Of a DNA stretch of 32,000 nucleotides, positions 16,999 to 25,980 are shown piece by piece. This DNA comes from Mycolicibacterium smegmatis (GTDB taxonomy: Bacteria; Actinomycetota; Actinomycetes; Mycobacteriales; Mycobacteriaceae). The notes under the pieces were generated by a model. That model did not search any database. It saw nothing but the letters and a program-made list of their open reading frames with translations, and was not told the origin of the DNA. The translations under genes and the position numbers were made by a program. The stretch's first letter is position 1; each line of letters starts with the position of its first letter. Location: the NCBI RefSeq assembly GCF_001457595.1, contig NZ_LN831039.1:3390001-3422000 (forward strand), read 5' to 3'.

Positions 16999-17116
16999 GA
17001 GTGAAGTATGACACTGAACATCCGTTCGTCGTCAAGGTTCAATGAACAGATGTTCTGGACAATTGTGCATACGTGTGGTTAATGTGACTGCAACCACAGG
17101 TCGAAAGGTATTTGGC
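16999..17116. promoter_or_regulatory. AT-richer divergent control region with candidate operators
   Basis: TGAACA at 17015-17020 and 17043-17048. Palindrome GAACA-GA-TGTTC at 17044-17055. Inverted repeat TGTGGTT (17074-17080) / AACCACA (17092-17098). Shine-Dalgarno GAAAGG at 17103-17108. Confidence 0.45.
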
Positions 17117-18205
17117 ATGTCCAATCAAGTCCCCGAAAAGATGCAGGCAGTGGTGTGTCACGGCCCCCACGACTACCGGCTCGAAGAGGTCGCGGTACCG
17201 CAGCGTAAACCCGGCGAGGCGCTGATCCGGGTCGAGGCCGTGGGCATCTGTGCAAGCGATCTCAAGTGCTACCACGGGGCCGCCAAGTTCTGGGGTGACG
17301 AGAACCGGCCCGCGTGGGCCGAGACCATGGTGATCCCCGGCCACGAGTTCGTCGGACGGGTCGTCGAACTCGACGACGAGGCCGCGCAGCGGTGGGGTAT
17401 CGCGGTCGGTGACCGCGTGGTGTCCGAGCAGATCGTGCCCTGCTGGGAGTGCCTGTTCTGCAAGCGCGGCCAGTACCACATGTGCCAGCCGCACGATCTC
17501 TACGGCTTCAAGCGGCGCACGCCCGGCGCGATGGCCAGCTACATGGTCTATCCGGCAGAGGCCTTGGTGCACAAGGTTTCCCCGGACATCCCGGCCCAGC
17601 ACGCCGCCTTCGCCGAGCCGCTGTCGTGCTCGCTGCACGCCGTGGAACGCGCCCAGATCACCTTCGAGGACACCGTCGTGGTGGCCGGCTGCGGGCCGAT
17701 CGGCCTCGGCATGATCGCGGGCGCCAAGGCCAAGAGCCCTATGCGCGTCATCGCCCTCGACATGGCACCCGACAAGCTCAAGCTCGCCGAGAAGTGCGGG
17801 GCCGACCTCACGATCAACATCGCCGAGCAGGACGCCGAGAAGATCATCAAGGACCTCACCGGCGGCTACGGCGCCGACGTGTACATCGAGGGCACGGGCC
17901 ACACCTCGGCCGTGCCGCAGGGTCTCAACCTGCTGCGCAAGCTCGGCCGCTACGTCGAGTACGGCGTCTTCGGCAGTGACGTCACGGTCGACTGGAGCAT
18001 CATCAGCGACGACAAGGAGCTCGACGTCCTCGGTGCCCACCTCGGCCCGTACTGCTGGCCCGCGGCCATCAAGATGATCGAGTCCGGTGCGCTGCCGATG
18101 GACGAGATCTGCACACATCAGTTCCCGCTCACCGAATTCCAGAAGGGCCTCGACCTCGTGGCCAGCGGAAAGGAATCGGTCAAGGTCTCCCTGATCCCGG
18201 CATAG
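17117..18205 (+). CDS. Zn-dependent medium-chain polyol dehydrogenase (sorbitol/threitol/erythritol dehydrogenase type)
   Basis: ATG at 17117. Catalytic zinc ligands (GICASDLKCYHG, GHEFVGRVVE), structural zinc cluster CWECLFCKRGQYHMC, Rossmann motif VAGCGPIGLG. Confidence 0.9.
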   Translation: MSNQVPEKMQAVVCHGPHDYRLEEVAVPQRKPGEALIRVEAVGICASDLKCYHGAAKFWGDENRPAWAETMVIPGHEFVGRVVELDDEAAQRWGIAVGDRVVSEQIVPCWECLFCKRGQYHMCQPHDLYGFKRRTPGAMASYMVYPAEALVHKVSPDIPAQHAAFAEPLSCSLHAVERAQITFEDTVVVAGCGPIGLGMIAGAKAKSPMRVIALDMAPDKLKLAEKCGADLTINIAEQDAEKIIKDLTGGYGADVYIEGTGHTSAVPQGLNLLRKLGRYVEYGVFGSDVTVDWSIISDDKELDVLGAHLGPYCWPAAIKMIESGALPMDEICTHQFPLTEFQKGLDLVASGKESVKVSLIPA

Positions 18206-18216
18206 CGAAAGCGACT

Positions 18217-19650
18217 GTGATGAGCCGAGAATCTCAGCCCGGACTGCACCGGCAGTTGTCGAGGCGCAACATGCTGGCGGCCATGGGCCTGGCCGGCGCG
18301 GCGGCCGTGAGCCTGCCGGTCCTGTCGGCCTGCGGCGTCGGTGGCCGTACCAACGCCCCCAACGGGGCGTCGGAGGTCACCGGCGGCTTCGACTGGAAGA
18401 AGGCATCCGGGTCGACCATCAACATCCTGCAGACCCCGCACCCCTACCAGCAGTCGTATCAGCCGCTGCTCAAGGAGTTCACCGAGCTGACCGGGATCAA
18501 CGTCAACGTCGACCTGGTCCCCGAGGCGGACTACTTCACCAAGCTCAACACCGAGCTGGCGGGCGGCACCGGTAAGCACGACGCATTCATGCTGGGCGCC
18601 TACTTCATCTGGCAGTACGGCCCGCCCGGGTGGATCGAGGACCTCAACCCGTGGCTGCAGAACAGCTCCGCGACCAACGCCGAGTACGACTTCGAGGACA
18701 TCTTCGAAGGTCTGCGCACCTCCACCCGGTGGGACTTCGAACTCGGCAACCCGCTGGGTACCGGTGGGCAGTGGGCGATCCCGTGGGGATTCGAGAACAA
18801 CGTCGTCGCCTACAACAAGGCGTACTTCGACCAGCGCGGGATCACGAAGCTGCCGGACAACTTCGACGACTTCATCCAGCTGGCCATCGATCTCACCGAC
18901 CGGTCGGAGAACCGGTACGGCATCGCGACGCGCGGATCGAAGTCGTGGGCGACCATCCACCCCGGATTCATGACGCAGTACGTCCGTGAAGGCGCTGTCG
19001 ACTACACCTTCGACGGCACCGACCTGGTGGCCGAGATGGACAGCGACAAGGCCGTCGAGTTCACGCGCAAGTGGATCGAGATGCAGCACAAGGCCGGCCC
19101 GACGTCGTGGACCACGTACGACTACCCGAACGCCACGGGCGATCTCGGCGACGGCACGGCGATGATGGTCTACGACGCCGACAGCGCCACCTACCCCAAG
19201 AACAAGCCCGGCGCCAGCGCGCAGGCGGGCAACCTCGGGTGGTACCCGGGACCGGCCGGTCCCGACGGCAACTACAAGACCAACCTGTGGACGTGGACGT
19301 GGGCGATGAACGCCAACTCCCGCAACAAGTTGCCCGCCTGGTTGTTCATCCAGTGGGCCACCGGCAAGGAATCGATGAACAAGGCCGTCGAGGGCGGAAT
19401 CTACGCAGATCCCGTGCGGCAGTCGGTGTTCGACACCACGTTCAAGCGGATCGCCGCCGACCAGCACGGTTACCTCGAGACGTTCGAGACCGTGATCGGG
19501 TCGTCCAAGATCCAGTTCACGCCGCAGAAGAAGTTCTTCGACACCACCAAGGACTGGGCGGTGGCGCTGCAGGACATCTACGGCGGTGACGACGCGGCCT
19601 CGCGCTTGCGCAGTCTCGCGAAGACCAACACCTCCAAGGTCAACCTGTAG
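18217..19650 (+). CDS. ABC transporter substrate-binding lipoprotein (carbohydrate/polyol, family-1 SBP) with Tat-like signal
   Basis: GTG 18217 or ATG 18220. SRRNMLAAMGLAGAAAVSLPVLSA-C combines a twin-arginine motif with a lipobox. Confidence 0.88.
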   Translation: MMSRESQPGLHRQLSRRNMLAAMGLAGAAAVSLPVLSACGVGGRTNAPNGASEVTGGFDWKKASGSTINILQTPHPYQQSYQPLLKEFTELTGINVNVDLVPEADYFTKLNTELAGGTGKHDAFMLGAYFIWQYGPPGWIEDLNPWLQNSSATNAEYDFEDIFEGLRTSTRWDFELGNPLGTGGQWAIPWGFENNVVAYNKAYFDQRGITKLPDNFDDFIQLAIDLTDRSENRYGIATRGSKSWATIHPGFMTQYVREGAVDYTFDGTDLVAEMDSDKAVEFTRKWIEMQHKAGPTSWTTYDYPNATGDLGDGTAMMVYDADSATYPKNKPGASAQAGNLGWYPGPAGPDGNYKTNLWTWTWAMNANSRNKLPAWLFIQWATGKESMNKAVEGGIYADPVRQSVFDTTFKRIAADQHGYLETFETVIGSSKIQFTPQKKFFDTTKDWAVALQDIYGGDDAASRLRSLAKTNTSKVNL

Positions 19651-19661
19651 GAGCGGGCGAC

Positions 19662-20615
19662 ATGACATTGCAGACATCCCAACCCGCTCCCGCCGCGGAG
19701 TCGGTCGACCGGGGCACCTCGGGCCGGCCGCCCGAGGTGCCGTCATGGCGGCGCAAGCTGCGGCCCTACATCCTGTCGGTGCCCGCGGTCCTGATCGTCA
19801 TCGGCATCCTGTACCCGTTCGCGGTCGGCGCCTACTACGCATTCCTCAACTATGCGGCAGTGAACCCGGATCCGCACTTCGTGTGGTTCGAGAACTTCAA
19901 GTCCGTTCTCGGTGACCAGATCTTCTGGCAGAGCGTCAAGGTCACCGCGATCTTCGCGGTTCTCGCCACGGTGATCGAGACCGTGATCGGCGTCGGTTTG
20001 GCACTGTTGCTCAACCGCTCGTCGCTGATCGGCAAGATCTTCGAGAAGGTGCTGATCCTCCCGCTGATGATCGCCCCGGTGATCGCGGGCGTGATCTGGA
20101 AGCTGATGTTCAACCCGCAGTTCGGGATCCTCAATCACGTTCTCGGGCTGGGCAACACATTCGACTGGCTGTCCTCGACCAACGCACTGTGGTCGGTGAT
20201 CCTGGTGGACCTGTGGATCTTCACGCCGTTCGTCGCGATCCTGGTTCTCGCGGGCATCCGGTCGCTGCCCAAGGAGCCGTTCGAGGCGTCCGAGGTCGAC
20301 GGTGCGAGCTGGTTCTACATGTTCCGCAAGCTCATGCTGCCGATGCTGTGGCCCTACATCCTGGTCGCCGTGATCTTCCGGTTCATGGACAACCTCAAGG
20401 TGTTCGACCACATCTACGTGCTGACCGCGGGCGGACCTGGTGTCGCCACCCGCACGTTGCAGATCGGTGCCTTCGAGGACTCGATTATCAACCTGGATTA
20501 CTCCCGTGGCAGCACCTACATGCTGCTGCTGTGGGTCATCGTGTTCATCACCGCGCGCTATCTGGTGAGCGTGCTTGGCAAGGCGCAGCGCCGTGCTGCC
20601 GGGGCGGAGTCGTGA
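19662..20615 (+). CDS. Carbohydrate ABC transporter permease (MalF/UgpA-like)
   Basis: Six predicted TM segments and an EAA loop, FEASEVDGASWFYMFRKLMLP. Confidence 0.9.
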   Translation: MTLQTSQPAPAAESVDRGTSGRPPEVPSWRRKLRPYILSVPAVLIVIGILYPFAVGAYYAFLNYAAVNPDPHFVWFENFKSVLGDQIFWQSVKVTAIFAVLATVIETVIGVGLALLLNRSSLIGKIFEKVLILPLMIAPVIAGVIWKLMFNPQFGILNHVLGLGNTFDWLSSTNALWSVILVDLWIFTPFVAILVLAGIRSLPKEPFEASEVDGASWFYMFRKLMLPMLWPYILVAVIFRFMDNLKVFDHIYVLTAGGPGVATRTLQIGAFEDSIINLDYSRGSTYMLLLWVIVFITARYLVSVLGKAQRRAAGAES

Positions 20616-21490
20616 CCATGTTCAACAGAACCGAATTGCTGCCGGGCCAGAAGCGGTGGTCCATCGGATCGGTGGCCGCCGATGTGGGACTGGTGTTCTG
20701 GTTCGTCTTCTCGCTGTTCCCGATCTTCTGGATGCTGATGCTGGCACTGAAGAACGCCGAGGAGCAGACCACGACGTACTTCGCGTTCAGCCCGACGTGG
20801 GAGAACTTCGCCACGGTGCTGACCGACAAGGGCACCGAGATGACGAGCGTCGACTTCAAGGCGTCGCTGCTGACCAGCCTGCTGAACTGCGGTGGCGCGG
20901 TGATCGTCTCGCTGCTCATCGGCATCCCGGCGGCGTACGCGGCAGGACGCTGGCAGTACAAGGGCTCCAACGACCTGATGTTCACGATGCTGTCGTTCCG
21001 GTTCGCCCCGGAACTTATGGTGATCGTGCCGCTGTTCGTGATCTACAACCAGATCGGGCTGTTCGACACCAAGGTCGGCATGATCTGGGTGCTGCAACTG
21101 GTCACCATGCCGCTCGTGGTGTGGATCCTGCGGTCCTACTTCCAGGATCTGCCCGAGGATCTCGAGCAGGCGGCACTGCTCGACGGCTACACCCGGCGGC
21201 GCGCATTCCTCATGGTGGCGCTGCCGATCGTGCGGCCGGGTATCGCCGCGGCCGCGCTGCTGGCGTTCATCTTCGCGTGGAACAACTACGTGTTCCCGCT
21301 CATCCTCGCCGACAGCAATGCCGGCACGGTGACCGTCGCGATCACCAAATTCCTCGGTGGCGGTGGCCAGGCGTACTACAACCTGACCGCCGCGGCCGCC
21401 ATCATCGCCGCGCTCCCTCCGCTGGTCCTGGCTCTGACCATCCAGCGGTACCTGGTGCGCGGCCTGTCGTTCGGGGCGGTGAAGGCCTGA
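20612..21490 (+). CDS. Carbohydrate ABC transporter permease (MalG/UgpE-like)
   Basis: The GTG at 20612 overlaps the previous stop (GTGA); alternative ATG at 20618. EAA loop LEQAALLDGYTRRRAFLMVALP. The track ORF from 20189 is an upstream out-of-frame extension. Confidence 0.9.
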   Translation: MTMFNRTELLPGQKRWSIGSVAADVGLVFWFVFSLFPIFWMLMLALKNAEEQTTTYFAFSPTWENFATVLTDKGTEMTSVDFKASLLTSLLNCGGAVIVSLLIGIPAAYAAGRWQYKGSNDLMFTMLSFRFAPELMVIVPLFVIYNQIGLFDTKVGMIWVLQLVTMPLVVWILRSYFQDLPEDLEQAALLDGYTRRRAFLMVALPIVRPGIAAAALLAFIFAWNNYVFPLILADSNAGTVTVAITKFLGGGGQAYYNLTAAAAIIAALPPLVLALTIQRYLVRGLSFGAVKA

Positions 21491-22599
21491 TGGCAACAGT
21501 TTCCATTGCCGGCGTGCACAAGTCGTTCGGCAAGACCAAAGCGGTCGACGATCTCACGGTCGACATCGCCGACGGCGAGTTCTTCGTGATCCTCGGCCCC
21601 AGCGGTGCAGGCAAGACCACGACGCTGAAATCAGTCGCCGGTCTGGTCGACATCGACGCCGGTGCCATCCACATCGGTGGCACCGACGTCACCCGCGTCG
21701 AGCCGTACCATCGCAACGTCGCCATGGCCTTCGAGAGCTATGCGCTCTACCCGCAGAAGACCGTGGCCGAGAACCTCGCGTCGCCGCTGAAGTCCGGCCG
21801 CACCGGCCAGTACACGGAGGCCCAGCGCGCCGAGCGCATCGACCAGGTCACCACCACGCTGGGGATCAACCACCTGCAGAAGCGGTTTCCCCGCGAGCTC
21901 TCCAACGGGCAGCGTCAGCGTGTGGCGCTGGGCCGGGTGCTGGTGCGGCCTGCGGACATCTACCTGCTCGACGAGCCGCTGAGCCATCTCGACGCCAAGC
22001 TGCGCGCGGCCATGCGTGCCGAACTCAAGCAACTCGGCGCGATGAGCAACACCACCACCATCTACGTCACGCACGACTACCAGGAGGCGCTCGCCCTGGG
22101 CGACCGCATCGCGGTCATGCGTGACGGCAGGCTCGTGCAGATCGGGACACCGGAGGAGATCTGGCGCAAGCCGGCGGACACCTTCGTCGCCAAGGCGCTC
22201 GGCCAGCCCGAGATCAACCTGCTCGACGGTGTCGTCGACGACGGCCGGATCCGGGTCGGTGACGGCACGTTCGACGTCGCGGTGCCCGCCGGGGTGGCCG
22301 CGCAGCGTGGCGACCGGGTCCGTGTCGGCCTGCGTCCGTGCGATCTGCACGTCACGTCCGAGGCAGGCGACCTGAGGGGCCGCGTGCTGCTCGCCGAGCG
22401 TCTCGGCCGCAACATCGAACTCACCGTCACCATCGGCGGCACCCAGCTGATCGTGCTGACCTCAGGGCGCCACGGTGTCGGCGAGGGTGACGAGGTGTCG
22501 ATGTCGATCGCCGACAGTGACATTCACGTGTTCGCCGCGGGCGACGGCGACACACCGCGCCTCGAGCAGGCCGATTCCGCATTGGAGGCAGCCAAGTGA
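21490..22599 (+). CDS. ABC transporter ATP-binding protein 1 (MalK/UgpC type with C-terminal regulatory/TOBE domain)
   Basis: The ATG at 21490 shares one nt with the preceding TGA. Walker A GPSGAGKTT, signature LSNGQRQR, Walker B IYLLDEPLSHLD, H-loop YVTHD. The Q-loop position reads FESYALYP. Confidence 0.92.
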   Translation: MATVSIAGVHKSFGKTKAVDDLTVDIADGEFFVILGPSGAGKTTTLKSVAGLVDIDAGAIHIGGTDVTRVEPYHRNVAMAFESYALYPQKTVAENLASPLKSGRTGQYTEAQRAERIDQVTTTLGINHLQKRFPRELSNGQRQRVALGRVLVRPADIYLLDEPLSHLDAKLRAAMRAELKQLGAMSNTTTIYVTHDYQEALALGDRIAVMRDGRLVQIGTPEEIWRKPADTFVAKALGQPEINLLDGVVDDGRIRVGDGTFDVAVPAGVAAQRGDRVRVGLRPCDLHVTSEAGDLRGRVLLAERLGRNIELTVTIGGTQLIVLTSGRHGVGEGDEVSMSIADSDIHVFAAGDGDTPRLEQADSALEAAK

Positions 22600-23729
22600 C
22601 ATCCACCGTTGCGGCACCCGCCCAGGCCGGGACCGCCCAGAGCCTGACGCTGAGCAAACTGGTCAAGACGTACTCGTCGCGCGGCCGGGAGAGCTTCACC
22701 GCGGTCAAGGGCATCGACCTCGACATCCGGCCGGGTGAACTCGTGGCGCTGCTGGGCCCGTCCGGCTGTGGCAAGACCACCACGCTGCGCATGATCGCCG
22801 GGTTGGAGACCGTGACCAGCGGCTCGATCAAGATAGGCGACCGCGAGGTGTCCCAATTGCCCGCCGCCAAGCGCGGTGTCGGTGTCGGCTTCGAGAGCTA
22901 CGCGCTCTACCCGCCGATGTCCGTGCGCGAGAACCTGCTGTACGGCCTCAAGGCCCGCAAGGTCAAAGGTGCCGAGGAGATGGTCGCCGCGATCAGTCGT
23001 CGCCTGGAGATGGACGACATGCTCGAGCTGCGTCCGGCCGGCCTGTCCAGCGGTCAGAAGCAGCGCGTGGCGCTCGCCAGGGCACTGGTGCGCAACCCAC
23101 CGGTGCTGCTGCTCGACGAGCCGTTGAGCCACCTCGACGCGTCGGCGCGCCAGCGCGTGCGGCGGGAGTTGAAGGTGCTTCAGCGCGAGTTCGGCTACAC
23201 CACCATCGTCGTCACGCACGACCAGGTGGAGGCACTGTCGCTCGCCGACCGGCTCGCGGTCATGGATGCCGGTGTGGTGCAACAGTTCGGCACACCCGAT
23301 GAGGTGTTCGACGACCCGGCGAACCTGTTCGTCGCGCAGTTCGTCGGTGAACCGCAGATCAACGTGGTGCGTGGAACAGTGCGCGTCAAGAGTGGCCGCG
23401 CACATGTCGAGATCGGTTCGCGCGCAGGTACTCTGCCCACCACCGTGACCGGTGTCGCCGACGGCACGTCGGTCAGCGTGGGCATCCGGCCCCAGGACTG
23501 TGCGCTGCGCCCGGCCGACGCCACCGGAGGCGTCAGCGCGACGGTCGCCTACTTCGAGCACCTTCTGGAGTTCGGTCTGGCCACCAGCACTGTCGCCGGT
23601 GTCGAGGAGGGCATCGTGGTGCAGACACCCGCGCTGGAGAGCTACGAACCCGAGCAGCAGGTGGTCGTGACGGCACCGCCCGAGCGTGTCTATCTGTTCG
23701 ACGTCGAGTCAGGGGAGCGGTTGCGATGA
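22596..23729 (+). CDS. ABC transporter ATP-binding protein 2 (MalK/UgpC type, paralogue of ATPase 1)
   Basis: The GTG at 22596 overlaps the preceding TGA (GTGA). Walker A GPSGCGKTT, signature LSSGQKQR, Walker B VLLLDEPLSHLD, H-loop VVTHD. The Q-loop position reads FESYALYP. Confidence 0.92.
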   Translation: MTSTVAAPAQAGTAQSLTLSKLVKTYSSRGRESFTAVKGIDLDIRPGELVALLGPSGCGKTTTLRMIAGLETVTSGSIKIGDREVSQLPAAKRGVGVGFESYALYPPMSVRENLLYGLKARKVKGAEEMVAAISRRLEMDDMLELRPAGLSSGQKQRVALARALVRNPPVLLLDEPLSHLDASARQRVRRELKVLQREFGYTTIVVTHDQVEALSLADRLAVMDAGVVQQFGTPDEVFDDPANLFVAQFVGEPQINVVRGTVRVKSGRAHVEIGSRAGTLPTTVTGVADGTSVSVGIRPQDCALRPADATGGVSATVAYFEHLLEFGLATSTVAGVEEGIVVQTPALESYEPEQQVVVTAPPERVYLFDVESGERLR

Positions 23730-25468
23730 CCAAGTTGTTCAACGATCCGGCCCGGTTCACCGAGGACATGCTCGTCGGCTTCCTCGACGCCAATTCCCGT
23801 TACGTCGTGGGCGTTCCCGGCGGTGTGGTGCGTGCACAGACGACGCGTCCGGGCAAGGTGGCCGTCGTGATCGGCGGGGGATCGGGTCACTACCCGGCGT
23901 TCTGCGGCACGGTGGGCGCCGGCTTCGCCGACGGCGCGGTCGTCGGCAACATCTTCACCTCGCCGTCGGCGGAAGAGGCCGCCTCGGTGGCGCGGGCCGC
24001 GCACTCCGACGCCGGTGTGCTTCTCACGACGGGCAACTACGCCGGTGACGTCATGAACTTCAACCTGGCCGTGGACCAGCTGCGCAGCGAGGGCATCGAG
24101 GCGCAGTACTTCGCCGTCACCGACGACGTGGCCAGCGCCGAGCGCGGCCAGGAGGCCAAACGTCGCGGTATCGCAGGGGATTTCACGGTGTTCAAGTGCG
24201 CGAGCGCGGCTGCCGAGGAGGGGCTCGACCTCGCCGGTGTGGTCCGGGTGGCCGAGGCCGCCAACGCCGCGACCCGCACGCTCGGTGTGGCGTTCGACGG
24301 TTGCACCCTGCCAGGCGCGGACCATCCGCTGTTCACCGTGCCGGAAGGTCATATGGGCCTCGGTCTCGGCATCCACGGCGAACCGGGTGTGTCCGAGGAG
24401 AAGATGCCGACGGCCGCCGGTCTCGCCGCGACCCTGGTCGACGGCGTTCTCGGTGACCGCCCGGACGCGCCCGAGAAGCGGATCGCGGTGATTCTCAACG
24501 GTCTGGGCCGCACCAAGTACGAAGAGCTGTTCGTGGTCTGGGGCGAGGTGTCCCGGTTGTTGCGCGACCGTGGGTACACGATCGTCGAACCCGAGGTGGG
24601 CGAACTGGTGACCAGCCTCGACATGGCCGGCTGTTCGCTGACCGTGATGTGGCTCGACGAGGAACTCGAACGCTACTGGGCCGCACCGGCTGACACACCC
24701 GCCTACAAGAAGGGTGCTGCGCAGCAACACGTCTCGGGCGAGCGGCGGTCCGAGGCGACCGCCCGGTCCGCGTCAAGTGGTCCGAAGCTCGCCGAACTGT
24801 CCGACGAGGACGGACGCGCCGGCGCCCGTCTGGTGGCGCGCGCCTTCGATGCGATGGCCGAGGCGCTCGCCGACGCCGAGGAGGAACTCGGACGTATCGA
24901 CGCGGTCGCCGGTGACGGCGACCATGGTCGCGGCATGGTCAAGGGCTCTTCGGCCGCACGTGAGGCCGCGGCCTCGGCGCTCGCCGAAGGCGCGGGCCAG
25001 GGTTCGGTGCTGACCGCGGCCGGAAAGGCCTGGGCCGCCAAGGCAGGTGGCACCTCCGGTGTGCTGTGGGGCGCCCTGCTCACCGCACTGGGTGCACGCC
25101 TCGGTGACACCGGCCGTCCCGATTCGTCGGTCATCGCGGCAGGTGTCCGCGACGCGTACGACGCCCTGATCCGGCTCGGCGGTGCCGCACCCGGCGACAA
25201 GACCATGCTCGACGCCATGCTGCCGTTCACCGAGGAGCTGGAACGCCGTGTGGCACAGGATGAATCATGGCAGTCGGCGTGGCGGGCAGCGGCCGACGTC
25301 GCGACCGAGGCGGCCCGCGCAACGGCGGATCTACGCCCGAAGGTCGGACGGGCCCGCCCGCTGGCCGAACGCAGCGTCGGCACGCCGGACGCCGGTGCCA
25401 CCTCGCTGGCATTGTGCGCGCGAACCGTGGCCGACTGCGTGACCCTGAGTACCCAAGGAGAGAACTGA
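23726..25468 (+). CDS. Fused DhaK-DhaL ATP-dependent dihydroxyacetone-kinase-family ketose kinase (erythrulose kinase candidate)
   Basis: ATGA overlap at 23726. DhaK domain ([21 protein letters not shown]) and DhaL domain ([22 protein letters not shown]) in one 580-aa chain. Confidence 0.9.
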   Translation: MTKLFNDPARFTEDMLVGFLDANSRYVVGVPGGVVRAQTTRPGKVAVVIGGGSGHYPAFCGTVGAGFADGAVVGNIFTSPSAEEAASVARAAHSDAGVLLTTGNYAGDVMNFNLAVDQLRSEGIEAQYFAVTDDVASAERGQEAKRRGIAGDFTVFKCASAAAEEGLDLAGVVRVAEAANAATRTLGVAFDGCTLPGADHPLFTVPEGHMGLGLGIHGEPGVSEEKMPTAAGLAATLVDGVLGDRPDAPEKRIAVILNGLGRTKYEELFVVWGEVSRLLRDRGYTIVEPEVGELVTSLDMAGCSLTVMWLDEELERYWAAPADTPAYKKGAAQQHVSGERRSEATARSASSGPKLAELSDEDGRAGARLVARAFDAMAEALADAEEELGRIDAVAGDGDHGRGMVKGSSAAREAAASALAEGAGQGSVLTAAGKAWAAKAGGTSGVLWGALLTALGARLGDTGRPDSSVIAAGVRDAYDALIRLGGAAPGDKTMLDAMLPFTEELERRVAQDESWQSAWRAAADVATEAARATADLRPKVGRARPLAERSVGTPDAGATSLALCARTVADCVTLSTQGEN

Positions 25469-25929
25469 TGGCACTACGGGTCGTCGTCGGCGCGGATGAC
25501 GCCGGCTACGAGTACAAGGAAGCACTCAAGGGCGACCTCGCCGCGGACGACCGCGTCACCGAGGTGATCGACGTCGGCGTCGGCGCTGACGAGGACACCG
25601 CCTACCCGCATGTCGCGGTCGCGGCCGCACGTCTGATCGCCGAAGGCAAGGCCGATCGCGCGTTATTGGTGTGCGGTACCGGTCTCGGGGTGGCGATCAG
25701 CGCCAACAAGGTGCCCGGCATCCGCGCGGTCACCGCCCACGACAGCTTCTCCGTCGAGCGCTCGGTGCTGTCCAACAACGCGCAGGTGCTGTGCTTCGGG
25801 CAGCGGGTCGTGGGCCTGGAGCTCGCACGCCGCCTGGCGCGCGAGTGGCTCGGCTACGAGTTCGACCCGACCAGCAAGTCGGCGGAGAAGGTCCAGGCGA
25901 TCTGCGGGTACGAACCGGCCACGAGCTAG
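25468..25929 (+). CDS. RpiB/LacA-family sugar-phosphate isomerase (tetrulose/tetrose-phosphate isomerase candidate)
   Basis: The ATG at 25468 shares one nt with the preceding [24 protein letters not shown] ... [22 protein letters not shown] ... [14 protein letters not shown]. Confidence 0.9.
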   Translation: MALRVVVGADDAGYEYKEALKGDLAADDRVTEVIDVGVGADEDTAYPHVAVAAARLIAEGKADRALLVCGTGLGVAISANKVPGIRAVTAHDSFSVERSVLSNNAQVLCFGQRVVGLELARRLAREWLGYEFDPTSKSAEKVQAICGYEPATS

Positions 25930-25980
25930 TCCCGGTGCGCCCGACGTTTGCCGACCGACGACTTCGGAAACCCGTTCCCG

